From NCBI GenBank assembly GCA_963713975.1, contig OY970218.1, forward strand, positions 1,728,001 to 1,792,000: a DNA stretch of 64,000 nt. The letters are read 5' to 3'. The notes under the pieces are model-generated. The model did not search any database. It was not told the origin of the DNA and was given only the letters and a program-made list of their open reading frames with translations. The translations under genes were made by a program, and so were the position numbers. This document shows positions 28,873 to 38,332 of the stretch, piece by piece; positions within the stretch are counted from its first letter, which is position 1; every line of letters starts with the position of its first letter. This DNA comes from an uncultured Chloroflexia bacterium (lineage in GTDB: Bacteria; Chloroflexota; Limnocylindria; Limnocylindrales; CSP1-4).

Positions 28873-28929
28873 CTCCATGTGTCGCATATGTCGCGACTCA
28901 TGTGTCGCACATGTCGCGACTCATGACAC

Positions 28930-29006
<77 letters not shown>

Positions 29007-29085
29007 GCGGCTGCCGAATGATACCGCCGGAGGTCCATCGCACCAACGGGCCCCCGGATGCCCCGGCCTGAGGCACAATCCGCCG

Positions 29086-30081
29086 GTGGCCAGCAACCAG
29101 CGTTTCCCCCATGCGCGTCGGCGCCGGCGCCCGACCCTCCGCCTGGCCCTGGTCGGCGCGGCTGCGGCCCTGGCCGCGCTGGTGATCGTCCCCGCGGTGA
29201 TCTCGGGCAGCGGCGCGGCGGTCCCCGACTCTGGTGCGACGAACGCGGACCAGGCGCCCACACCGACTGGCCAGGCGGTTGCAGGCGTCACGGCGACCCC
29301 CGCCCCCGCGACCGCACCGCCCCCCGCCCAGGTCGCCCAGTCGCCGTCGCCGGCCGCCGGGGCCGCCATCGCGCTGCGTCCCCAGGCGCTGGGTGCCGGC
29401 ATCCCGCCGACTCGGCTCGCACCCGAGATCACCGGGACCACCGCCCCGGCGCTGGGCCTGTTGACCGGCTACCGGTGGCCGCTGGCCCACCCCCGGCTCA
29501 CGTTGCCGTTCGGTCCCACGGTCTGGGGCTCGCGCCTGGTCGACGGTGAGCGGTTTCACGACGGGGTGGATCTCGCGACGTTCTGTGGCGACCGCGTGAT
29601 GGCCACTCACGCCGGAACGGTCCTCGCGGCGGGCCGCAGGTACGACGCGGTGATGGGTTGGGTCGGGGACCTGGCCCCCTACCTCCGGCGGCTCGAGAAG
29701 AAGAACCTCTGGACGACTCTGCCGATCGTGGTCGTGGTCGATGACGGCAACGGGTACCGGAGCATGTACGCCCACTTCGGCAGGATCGTGGTGAAGAAGG
29801 GACAGCAGGTACGTGCCGGGCAGCTCCTGGGCTACGAGGGCATGACCGGCCGAGCGTCGGGCTGTCACCTGCACTACGGGCTGTTCTCGCCGTGGGAGAC
29901 GTCGACCTTCCGTATCCGCCCGGACGTGGTGGCCCGCATGAAGCTTCCCAAGGCCGAGATCGCGCGCGTGGATCCGCTGCAGGTGCTGCCGCCCAAGCCC
30001 GGCATCAATGCGCCGGCCAAGCCGGATGCGTCGCCCGGGTCGCCGGACGCGTCGCCCGGGTCGCCGGACGCGAGCCCCTGA
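29086..30081 (+). CDS. M23-family metallopeptidase
   Basis: FHDGVDL, YAHF, TGRASGCHLHY; N-terminal TM; PDASPGS repeats at the C-terminus. Confidence 0.9.
   Translation: MASNQRFPHARRRRRPTLRLALVGAAAALAALVIVPAVISGSGAAVPDSGATNADQAPTPTGQAVAGVTATPAPATAPPPAQVAQSPSPAAGAAIALRPQALGAGIPPTRLAPEITGTTAPALGLLTGYRWPLAHPRLTLPFGPTVWGSRLVDGERFHDGVDLATFCGDRVMATHAGTVLAAGRRYDAVMGWVGDLAPYLRRLEKKNLWTTLPIVVVVDDGNGYRSMYAHFGRIVVKKGQQVRAGQLLGYEGMTGRASGCHLHYGLFSPWETSTFRIRPDVVARMKLPKAEIARVDPLQVLPPKPGINAPAKPDASPGSPDASPGSPDASP
30022..30078 (+). repeat. 21-bp coding tandem repeat (PDASPGS, ~2.7 copies)
   Basis: CCGGA(T/C)GCGTCGCCCGGGTCG units. Confidence 0.8.
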
Positions 30082-30100
30082 CCCGCGTCCCGATTCCGGC

Positions 30101-31537
30101 TCAGCCTGCCCGCCGGTAGCGACGGCCCACCAGCGACCACGCCGGCAGGCGCGCCAGTGCCGTGTCCAGGTCTGGTCCGGGCCCGCCGTCGCGACGCTCG
30201 ATCGCCAGCGATGGAGCCCGGCCCGCACCGGGTCGCGCGTCCACGCCCACCAGGTCCACCACGACGCGTCCCGGCTCCGGCTCGCCCAGCTCCGCGAGCA
30301 GCGCGGCCGGCCAGTCGGGCGTGTCCGACTCGGTGCCGACTTCGCGCTCCGTCCGCCAGCGCGGACGGCGCAGGAGGATCGCCCGCCAGCCATCGGCCAC
30401 TTCGGGGGTCACCGTCCCGTCGCCGGGGACCGGAGCGGTGGAGATGTGCTCGCCGCGGGCCCACAGGGCGGCCTGGTGGAGGAGCGCGTACTCGTCCAGG
30501 TCGGCGAAGGCGCCAAGGCGCTCGGCCGGTGACCCAGCGCCGAACACGGCCCGGATGGCCGGGGCGAAGACCTCTGCGAGATCGAGGTCGATGGCCCGCA
30601 CGGTCCGGTGCAGGTAGACGTGCCGGTACATGAACAGCCGGGCGGTGAGGAACATCTCCAGGGCGCCAAGACCGGACTCGTAGAGGGTGAGACCACGCTC
30701 GGAGATGAAGCAGTAGCGGCGCAGGCGCTCGGCGTCCACGGGGCCCATCGAGACCCCGGTGAGGTAGGCGTCCCGCCGGACGTAATCCAGGTTGTCGACG
30801 GTGAACACGCCGGACAGCAGCGGCTGGAGAACCCGGACCCAGGCCGGCATCGACGGGTCCGCGATTGGTGGCTTGGAGATCAGGAGCGATACCCAGCGGG
30901 GGTCGATGGCCTCGCCGTCGGCGAAGCGGTCCCGCTCCGCCACGGAACCGGGGGCGCGCCGCAGGCCGGCGATGAGCGGCCCCAGCTCGCGCTCGATGAT
31001 GAGCTGGGAGAGGTCCTCGTGGCTCAGGGTCTTCGCACCCGGCCGGCGGGGGTCCGGAGGTGCCGGGAACGAGGCCAGGAACCGCTCGTCGAAGAAGTGC
31101 GCGAAGGGCCCGTGTCCCACGTCGTGGAGCAGGCCGGCAATCCGCAGCGTCTCGACGACGAGACCCTCGGAGGGGATGGGCTGGCCCGGCGCGATGGCGG
31201 GGAGCGCGGCGCGCAGCGACGGATACAGGGATCGCGCCCACAGCCCGGCTTCGTGCATGACGCCAAGGCCGTGGGTGAAGCGGGAGTGCTCGGCCGTGGG
31301 GAAGACCCAGCGGGCGCTCTGGAGCTGGCTGATCCGGCGGAGGCGCTGGACCCAGGCGGTGTCCAGCAGGTCGTCCTCGGCGACATCCTCGCGGGGGAGA
31401 CCGGCATCGCGGGCCTGGTCGGGCGCGAGCCGCTTGGTGAGCTCCACGTAGCCGTGGATCGGGTCGCTGATCAGGTTGACTGCCGCGAACAGGAGTCGCC
31501 GTCCGCCACGCCCGCCCGGCCCGTCCTCGAGCGTCAT
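30101..31537 (-). CDS. HD-domain phosphohydrolase (SAMHD1/COG1078-like)
   Basis: DPIHG, QRLRRISQL, HSRFTHGLG, LLHDVGHGPFAH, DNLDYVRRD, VYLH. Confidence 0.9.
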   Translation of the reverse strand: MTLEDGPGGRGGRRLLFAAVNLISDPIHGYVELTKRLAPDQARDAGLPREDVAEDDLLDTAWVQRLRRISQLQSARWVFPTAEHSRFTHGLGVMHEAGLWARSLYPSLRAALPAIAPGQPIPSEGLVVETLRIAGLLHDVGHGPFAHFFDERFLASFPAPPDPRRPGAKTLSHEDLSQLIIERELGPLIAGLRRAPGSVAERDRFADGEAIDPRWVSLLISKPPIADPSMPAWVRVLQPLLSGVFTVDNLDYVRRDAYLTGVSMGPVDAERLRRYCFISERGLTLYESGLGALEMFLTARLFMYRHVYLHRTVRAIDLDLAEVFAPAIRAVFGAGSPAERLGAFADLDEYALLHQAALWARGEHISTAPVPGDGTVTPEVADGWRAILLRRPRWRTEREVGTESDTPDWPAALLAELGEPEPGRVVVDLVGVDARPGAGRAPSLAIERRDGGPGPDLDTALARLPAWSLVGRRYRRAG

Positions 31538-32538
31538 GCGCCTTCCCCGTAGCGGGCGGCGGCCTGGCGCAGCGTGGCGGCCACATCATCACGCAGGGCG
31601 GGGGGCGCCACGACCTCCACGTCGCTGCCCCACGAGAGGATCCACAGGCGGATCTCGATGGTCCCGGACACGGTCCCGCGCCATTCGAGCGACCCGTCGG
31701 CAAGCTCGGTGACCCGCTGGCTGGGGTGCCACGACGCCTCCATGACCCGCCCGGCCACCTCGGGTTGGAACCGCAGGACCACGTCGACGGCCGGCTGGTC
31801 AGCGATGATGTCCCACGCCAGCCGGAGTTGGGCGACGACGTCGGCTTCCGGAGCCTCGAAGGTCCGGGGCAGCACGGCAAGCTCCCGGATCCGCTCCACC
31901 TTGAAGGTGCGCATGGCTCCCCGGTCCTCGTCCCAGCCGATCAGGTACAGGGCGTGGGTCTGGAGCGACGGTTCCAGCAGGTAGGGGCGGACGGTGGCCT
32001 GGCGCGGGCCACGGGCCGCGCCGTACGGGGCGGGCAGGTACACGAACTGGACGACCCGCCGGTCCGCCCAGGCCGTCGTCAGGTCCCCGACCCGGCGGTT
32101 GAACGCCGGATCCACGTCCCGCCGGGCGAGGTCCTGCACCGTGCGCTCCACGTGATCGCGGAGCGTGGGGGGCAGGCCCTCCTCCAGCTTGGTGAACGCG
32201 GACGCCAGCGCGGGATCGTGCTTGTCCGTGTAGCGGGCGAGCAGGCGCGCCGAGAGGAAGATCGCCATCGCCTCCTGCAGCGTGAGGCGCAGCGGCGGGA
32301 GGAATGCGTCCCCCTCCACGCCCCACCTGCCGCCCTCGCTCCAGACCGGCATGCCCAGCTCCGTCTGGATGGCCTCGAGGTCCCGGTACACGGTGCGCTT
32401 GGCCATGCCGGTGCGCCTGGCGATCTCCGCCGGCGTGACGCCCCGCGTGCCGTTGGCCCGCAGGATCTGGACCACCATCAGCAGGCGCGCGGTCCGGTCG
32501 CGCTTCGCGCGATCGTCGCCCGGAAGGTCATCGATCAT
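31534..32538 (-). CDS. HTH-WYL-WCX transcriptional regulator
   Basis: KRTVYRDL, VRPYLL, LYLIG, RTFKVERI, WILSWGSDVEVVAP; start ATG 32538. Confidence 0.92.
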   Translation of the reverse strand: MIDDLPGDDRAKRDRTARLLMVVQILRANGTRGVTPAEIARRTGMAKRTVYRDLEAIQTELGMPVWSEGGRWGVEGDAFLPPLRLTLQEAMAIFLSARLLARYTDKHDPALASAFTKLEEGLPPTLRDHVERTVQDLARRDVDPAFNRRVGDLTTAWADRRVVQFVYLPAPYGAARGPRQATVRPYLLEPSLQTHALYLIGWDEDRGAMRTFKVERIRELAVLPRTFEAPEADVVAQLRLAWDIIADQPAVDVVLRFQPEVAGRVMEASWHPSQRVTELADGSLEWRGTVSGTIEIRLWILSWGSDVEVVAPPALRDDVAATLRQAAARYGEGA

Positions 32539-32554
32539 GGAGCACTCCTCGGAG

Positions 32555-33739
32555 TCATTGGCGTGGCGGCAGGACCGTGATCGGGAGGCCGCGATCAAAG
32601 GCAAGCATGCGGAACCGTACCTCCGCCCGGAGGGCGTCGTCGTCGATTCCCAGCGCCGTGCCGGTGATCCGGCCGTCGGCCTGGCCGAGCTGGCCGTCGG
32701 TGAACACCCAGAAGTCCAGGTCGCCACGCCAGCGATCGATGTCCGTCTGCCCCACGATCATCCCGATCTGCGGCAGCGCCCCACGGAGCGTGGTTCCGTC
32801 CAGGGTGATCCGGCAGTGACGGGCGCGGGCGCCCTCGATGAAGTCCAGCCCGTGGTCCTCGGCGACGCTCCGGATCTCCGGCGTGAGGGCCACGGCCACC
32901 AGCTGGCGATCCAGGTCCTGGCCGTCCCCGCTGGACGCGGCCGCATCCGTCCATGGGCGTCCCGGCAGAAGCTCCCAGACCCGTCCTCCTATTCGCGTGA
33001 GGCCACGCTGACCCAGCATCAGCCGCGTGGCCGCGAAGCCGGTCCAGCTGACGTCAGTGCCATCGCGGATCCCCTCGATGGTCACCTGGCCGGCGTATCG
33101 GTCGTCGAAGGAGGCGTCCATGTGCAGCTCGAGCCGGGCGGTGGTGCCCGCCGCGAGCGGTTGGCTGCAGGCCGGCGGCTCAACATCCGGGTCTGTCGGC
33201 CCGAACCGGGAACCGAGGGACGGCCGGTCACCGAGGGCAAGCTCATTGACCACTGCGGCACTCGCGAATGCGGTCCCGGTGACAAGGACGACGGCCAGCC
33301 CGACCAGGGAGCCCGACACGAGGCGCCGGCGACGCAGGGCCGTCTCGCCGAGGCGCCGCCGCGAGACCCCCAGGCCGGCATAGAGGCTGGTGGCGACGAG
33401 CGCCAGGAGCCACGGGTAGACGGCCTCGAAGGAGGGCAGCAGCGTCTGGGGACCCTGCCCGGTCAGCTGGGTCACGAGGCCGCGGATCGATGGGACCAGC
33501 AGGAGGATGGCGCCCAGACCGAGCCAGGCGATCCCCACGAACGCCCGGCCCGAGCGGGCGACCGGCGGCCAGGCGACGGCCAGGGCGGCGACGATCACGG
33601 GGCCGATCGCCGCGATCCCCACGAGGAAGTCGATTGGTCCCCCGGGACGGTAGCCGGCCGCGACCAGCCCGAAGGCCACGAACCACAGGCCCGTCAGGAT
33701 CATCCCCAGGATCCGAAGCTCGATCGTCCGTACCCGCAC
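32555..33739 (-). CDS. Hypothetical membrane protein
   Basis: About five N-terminal TM helices plus a soluble C-terminal domain. Confidence 0.7.
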   Translation of the reverse strand: MRVRTIELRILGMILTGLWFVAFGLVAAGYRPGGPIDFLVGIAAIGPVIVAALAVAWPPVARSGRAFVGIAWLGLGAILLLVPSIRGLVTQLTGQGPQTLLPSFEAVYPWLLALVATSLYAGLGVSRRRLGETALRRRRLVSGSLVGLAVVLVTGTAFASAAVVNELALGDRPSLGSRFGPTDPDVEPPACSQPLAAGTTARLELHMDASFDDRYAGQVTIEGIRDGTDVSWTGFAATRLMLGQRGLTRIGGRVWELLPGRPWTDAAASSGDGQDLDRQLVAVALTPEIRSVAEDHGLDFIEGARARHCRITLDGTTLRGALPQIGMIVGQTDIDRWRGDLDFWVFTDGQLGQADGRITGTALGIDDDALRAEVRFRMLAFDRGLPITVLPPRQ

Positions 33740-34093
33740 GCTCGGAGTCTACCCACCCGGCCGGAGACGACCGCAAGTACCCCGGGCCACCCGGACCTGT
33801 GGGTGGTCGCCGTTCCGGGCCGCGCCCTCGACCATGACCTCACCGCACCACGGTGCAGTGCCCACAACCGAACACCTCGCCGGCACGGGGCCTCCTTCCT
33901 CCGGAGCCGGTCAACCCTCCGAAGCGACGCCGACCCTCCTCCCGGCGTCGCTTCGGTGTTTCAGGGTTCCACGAGCGACCTTCCGGCCTCACGTCGGCCG
34001 GTCGCCGAGGCCGCTCTGGTAGATTCGCGAGCGTCACGGTCCTGGGCAGGCACGCACGCGACCACCCCCGTGCCGATGAGTGAGGAGCCCCAA

Positions 34094-35284
34094 ATGAGCG
34101 AGCAGACGCCCGGAATCCCGGGCGAGCAGGGTTCGACACCCCCCACCCCGCCCCCGGTGCCCGACGAGGCTCCGACCGAGGCAATGCCAACCCCGGAGCC
34201 GGCCCCCGCGGCATCGGCACCCACCCCGCCATCCACGCCTCCCCCGACCTCTCCCCCGGCCAAGGACGGCGGCGGAAGCCGTACACCCGTGATCGTCGGG
34301 GCGGTGGTCCTGGTGCTGGTGATCATCGTCGCCGCGTTCCTGCTGAGCCAGGGCAACGCCGCGTCACCGGGTGCAACGGCAAGTGCCGGCGCCGCATCCA
34401 CCGAGCCCGCGACCGAGGCACCGAGCCAGGAGCCTGCGACCGAGGCCCCGACCGAGGCCCCGACCGAGGCCCCGACGCCGACGCCCGATGCATGCGCCCC
34501 CGAGAACCTGGCCCTGCTGACCCCCGGCGCCATCGTCATCGGCGCCGACAACCCGGCCTACCCGCCGTACTTCGCGCGTCGTGAGGGCGGCAACACCCCG
34601 CCCTGGGAGGACTCGGACTTCACGGGCGACCCGACCACCGGCGAGGGATTCGAGAGTGCCGTCGCCTACGCGATCGCGGACAAGCTCGGCATCGCCAAGG
34701 ACGGCGTGAGCTGGATCGTCGTTCCGTTCACGAACTCGTTCGCCCCGGGCGCCAAGGACTTCGACTTCTACATCACGCAGGTCTCGTACAAGCCCGAGCG
34801 CGCCGAGGCGGCCGACCTGTCCGACGGCTACTACACGGTGCTCCAGTCCGTCGTGGCACTCAAGGACAGCCCGATCGCGGGCGCCACGACCGTCGCCGAG
34901 CTCGCGGGCTACAAGTTCGGTGCCCAGGTGGGCACGACCAGCTACGACACGATCGTCAACACGATCAAGCCGACGGAGGAGCCGCAGGTCTTCGACACCA
35001 ACGACCTTGCGATCGAGGCGCTCAAGTCGGGCCAGATCGACGGGATCGTCGTCGACCTGCCGACGGCGGACTTCATCACCAACGTGCAGGTGGAGAACGC
35101 GGTCGCGGTCGGCAAGTTCGATACCGGCACGGACGAGTACTTCTCCCTGGTCCTCGCGAAGGACAACGCGCTGACGCCGTGCGTCAATGCCGCGATCGGC
35201 GCCCTCAACGAGGACGGCACGTTCGCTGGGCTCGTCACCGAGTGGCTCCCGTTCCAGGACGGGGTCCCGGCGTTCCAGCCCTAG
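34094..35284 (+). CDS. Amino-acid ABC transporter substrate-binding protein
   Basis: RBS GAGGAG; Pro-rich N-terminus + TM; PAYPPYF, GFES, GAQVGTT, LKSGQIDGIVVD. Confidence 0.88.
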   Translation: MSEQTPGIPGEQGSTPPTPPPVPDEAPTEAMPTPEPAPAASAPTPPSTPPPTSPPAKDGGGSRTPVIVGAVVLVLVIIVAAFLLSQGNAASPGATASAGAASTEPATEAPSQEPATEAPTEAPTEAPTPTPDACAPENLALLTPGAIVIGADNPAYPPYFARREGGNTPPWEDSDFTGDPTTGEGFESAVAYAIADKLGIAKDGVSWIVVPFTNSFAPGAKDFDFYITQVSYKPERAEAADLSDGYYTVLQSVVALKDSPIAGATTVAELAGYKFGAQVGTTSYDTIVNTIKPTEEPQVFDTNDLAIEALKSGQIDGIVVDLPTADFITNVQVENAVAVGKFDTGTDEYFSLVLAKDNALTPCVNAAIGALNEDGTFAGLVTEWLPFQDGVPAFQP

Positions 35285-35312
35285 CCGCCTTCCTGGGCCC
35301 GGCCCTGTGGCC

Positions 35313-36209
35313 GTGAGCGGCGGCCCGCCCGATCGAGGCACCCGCACCCGGGTGCCTCGGAGGGCCGGGCTCGCACGTGCCCGTGACGACGGGGCGCTCC
35401 GGTCGCTGACGATCACGATCGTCAGCACGGTCGTCTTCTTCGGCGTCCTCGGCTGGGTCATCGTCAACGCCCCCGGCTGGGAGCAGGTGCGCGAGAAGTT
35501 CTTCTCGCCCCGCTACTTCGCGGAGGCGTTCGGCTTCTACAACGGCCAGTTCGAGTGGGACCGCTCGATCCTCAAGTACTTCGTCGTCAACATCCAGCTG
35601 TTCCTCATCGCCGAGGGCCTGATCCTCGTCTTCGGCCTGATGCTGGCCGTGCTGCGCAGCCTGAACGGCCCGGTCTTCGCCCCGATCAGGTTCCTGTCAA
35701 CCGCCTATGTCGACGTGTTCAGGGCCGTCCCGGGGATCCTCGTCATCTACATCCTGGGGTTCGGTATCCCCGGTCTCGGGATCAAGGGCATGCCGACGGG
35801 GTTCCCGTGGGCGGTCGTGGCGCTGACGCTGATCTACTCCGCCTACGTGTCCGAGGTCTATCGCGCCGGCATCGACTCCATCCACCCCAGCCAGGAGGCG
35901 GCGGCCCGGTCCCTGGGCCTGTCGCGCTACCGGACGATGCGGCACGTGATCATCCCGCAGGCCGTGCGGCGCGTGGTCCCGCCGCTGCTCAACGACTTCA
36001 TCGGGCTCCAGAAGGACACGGTCCTCGTGTCCTACATCGGCGTGGTCGAGATCTTCCGCGCCTCGCAGATCAAGGCGGCCGCGACGTTCAACTTCACGCC
36101 GTACGTTGCGACCGCGCTCGTGTTCATCGTGGTGACCATCCCGCTGGCGCGTCTCACGGACCGGCTGGTCCAGCGTGACCGCCAACGTGGCGCGGCGAGC
36201 GCCCGGTGA
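35313..36209 (+). CDS. Amino-acid ABC transporter permease
   Basis: YVDVFRAVP, SAYVSEVYRAGI, EAAARSLG, LQKDT; start approximate. Confidence 0.92.
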   Translation: MSGGPPDRGTRTRVPRRAGLARARDDGALRSLTITIVSTVVFFGVLGWVIVNAPGWEQVREKFFSPRYFAEAFGFYNGQFEWDRSILKYFVVNIQLFLIAEGLILVFGLMLAVLRSLNGPVFAPIRFLSTAYVDVFRAVPGILVIYILGFGIPGLGIKGMPTGFPWAVVALTLIYSAYVSEVYRAGIDSIHPSQEAAARSLGLSRYRTMRHVIIPQAVRRVVPPLLNDFIGLQKDTVLVSYIGVVEIFRASQIKAAATFNFTPYVATALVFIVVTIPLARLTDRLVQRDRQRGAASAR

Positions 36210-36967
36210 CCGCCCTGCCCGCGCGGCCCGCGCTCTCGATCCAGGGGCTGCACAAGTCGTTCGGCGAGCTGGAGGTGCTCCGGGGCATCGACCTCGATGT
36301 CGCCGAGCACGAGGTCATCGCGCTGATCGGGGCGTCGGGAAGCGGGAAGTCCACGCTCCTGCGCTGCATCAACCTGATCGAGCCGATCGACGAGGGCCGG
36401 ATCCTGATCGAGGGCGACGAGATCACGGCCCGGGGCGTCAAGGTGGACCAGATCCGCCGGCGGATAGGGATCGTGTTCCAGGCGTTCAACCTCTTCCCGC
36501 ACATGACGGTCCTGGACAACGTGACCCTCGCGCCGCGCAGGGTGCTCAGGCGGGGGACCGCCGACGCGGACCGGGACGCGCTGGCGCTGCTCGAGCGCTT
36601 CGGGCTGGCCGACAAGGCGCGGGACTTCCCGGACCGGCTCTCGGGCGGCCAGCAGCAGCGGGTGGCGATCGTGCGGGCGCTGGCGATGGAACCAGACATC
36701 CTGCTGCTCGACGAGGTCACATCCGCCCTGGACCCGGAGCTCGTGGCAGAGGTGCTCAACGTCGTGCGCGAACTGGCCGCCGGCGGCATGACGATGCTGA
36801 TCGCCACCCACGAGATGGGATTCGCTCGGGACATCGCGAGCCGCGTCTGCTTCCTGGACGCCGGCCAGATCCTGGAGCAGGGACCGCCGCAGCAGATCTT
36901 CTCGGAGCCACGGGAGGCGCGGACCCGCCAGTTCCTCAACCGGATCATCGAGGCGGGGCGGCTCTAG
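36206..36967 (+). CDS. Amino-acid ABC transporter ATP-binding protein
   Basis: GASGSGKS, LSGGQQQR, DEVTSALDPEL, THEMGFA. Confidence 0.95.
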   Translation: MTALPARPALSIQGLHKSFGELEVLRGIDLDVAEHEVIALIGASGSGKSTLLRCINLIEPIDEGRILIEGDEITARGVKVDQIRRRIGIVFQAFNLFPHMTVLDNVTLAPRRVLRRGTADADRDALALLERFGLADKARDFPDRLSGGQQQRVAIVRALAMEPDILLLDEVTSALDPELVAEVLNVVRELAAGGMTMLIATHEMGFARDIASRVCFLDAGQILEQGPPQQIFSEPREARTRQFLNRIIEAGRL

Positions 36968-37001
36968 CGGGCAGCGTCCCCTGCCGGGGCGCCCCTGGCC
37001 G

Positions 37002-37763
37002 TCAGCGTCCCGCCAGGGGCCCTCGGCAGGCATCCACGAAGAACGCGAACAGCCGCTCGAAGGCCCGCGGCGTGGACTCCGTGCGTTCCGGATGGCACTG
37101 GACGGCGATCCTGAACGGACCGTCGGGGGCCTCGAACGCCTCGACCAGGTCGCCGGCCGGGCTGGGCGACCACGCGGCCGGCACGTACGCCGCGGCGAGG
37201 TTCTGCTTCCGAACCGCCTGGTGGTGGTAGCTGTTGACCGTGAGGACCGCGCCGCCGGGGTTGACGGGGCCCAGGATCCGGGCGAGTCGCGATCCGGGCA
37301 CCAGCCGCAGCGGGTGGGTCAGGGCGGGCCCGTGCCCCCAGCTTGCTCCGGCGTGGCCGTCCACGTGCTGGAGCAGCGTCCCGCCGCTGAACACGTTCAT
37401 CGCCTGGAGCCCGCGGCAGATGCCCAGGACGGGCACGCCGCGCGACGTCGCCACGGCGAATGCCGCCGCCTCGAGGGCATCGCGGTCCGTCTCCACGTCC
37501 TCGGATCCCGCATCGGGCGACCCGTAGCGCGCCGGGTCGATGTCCGCTCCGCCGGTCAGCAGCAGGCCGTCCATGGACGCGAAGGCCGCGGCTCGCTCCG
37601 ACGGCGACGACGTGGCGTCCAGCGGCAGCGCGGTCGCGCCGTGGCGCAGGACGGAGTCCACGTACAGGGCGTTCTTGCGGGCCGCCGTCGCGGGCTCCGA
37701 CTGGCGGGCCGCGACCGCGAGGGTGACGAGGATCCGCGGCGAGCGTCCGGTGCTGGATGGCAT
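37002..37763 (-). CDS. Glutamine amidotransferase, peptidase C26 (PuuD-like)
   Basis: GLLLTGGADIDP, LGICRGLQ, NSYHHQA, VQCHPE. Confidence 0.9.
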   Translation of the reverse strand: MPSSTGRSPRILVTLAVAARQSEPATAARKNALYVDSVLRHGATALPLDATSSPSERAAAFASMDGLLLTGGADIDPARYGSPDAGSEDVETDRDALEAAAFAVATSRGVPVLGICRGLQAMNVFSGGTLLQHVDGHAGASWGHGPALTHPLRLVPGSRLARILGPVNPGGAVLTVNSYHHQAVRKQNLAAAYVPAAWSPSPAGDLVEAFEAPDGPFRIAVQCHPERTESTPRAFERLFAFFVDACRGPLAGR

Positions 37764-37836
37764 GGTGCCAAAGCATACCCGCAGGTTCCGGCGGGTCCAC
37801 CACCAGAGCCTGCGCCCGCGGCTACCCGTCCCGCGG

Positions 37837-38319
37837 CTACCCGCCGGGGGACGCGGACTCGTCCGGGGGCAGCGTCTCGTAGTCCTCGGAGTCGTCCGGG
37901 GTGGGGGTGGACCGCTCGCCGGTCTCGCCGTCGTCCGGCGGTGGCACGTACTCCTGGCCGGGCAGGACCTGGAGCACCCAGCCCCGCATCAGGTTGTCGG
38001 GCCGGTAGTCGGCCGACTCGGGGTCCAGGGTCGGGTACTGCTCACGGTTCCAGTACGCGATGCTGCGCCCGCTGGTGCGGTACTTGCGCGCGAGCGACGT
38101 GAGGGTGTCCCCGCGGACGACGGTGTGGAGCAGGAAGGTCGGGGCCGGGGTCGGTGTCGGCGGGCCCGGCGTGGGCGTTGGCGTGGGCGAGGCCGAAGGC
38201 GTCGGTATCGCCGTTGGCGCCGGCGGTGGCGTTGGTCGAACCGACGACGGCAGGCACGCCCCCAGGGCGAGCACGATCCCTATCAGGGCGAGCAGGCCGC
38301 GGACCCGGGGATCGGCCAT
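37837..38319 (-). CDS. LysM-domain lipoprotein
   Basis: LGAC lipobox, PT linker, HTVVRGDTLTSLARKY. Confidence 0.8.
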   Translation of the reverse strand: MADPRVRGLLALIGIVLALGACLPSSVRPTPPPAPTAIPTPSASPTPTPTPGPPTPTPAPTFLLHTVVRGDTLTSLARKYRTSGRSIAYWNREQYPTLDPESADYRPDNLMRGWVLQVLPGQEYVPPPDDGETGERSTPTPDDSEDYETLPPDESASPGG

Positions 38320-38332
38320 CACGCGCCGGCCA

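Larger units (their letters stand above)
27613..28928 (+). mobile_element. Intact IS481-family insertion sequence
   Basis: TGT...ACA termini; imperfect TIRs (left TGTCTGAGTTCACGACATAGGTGACAC vs right rc TGTCATGAGTCGCGACATGTGCGACAC); subterminal 23-bp repeats. Confidence 0.92.

Noticed and set aside
32282-34093. N-terminal 600 aa of the 1000-aa ORF
   Set aside because: Antisense shadow of real minus-strand genes; the true start is ATG 34094 with an RBS
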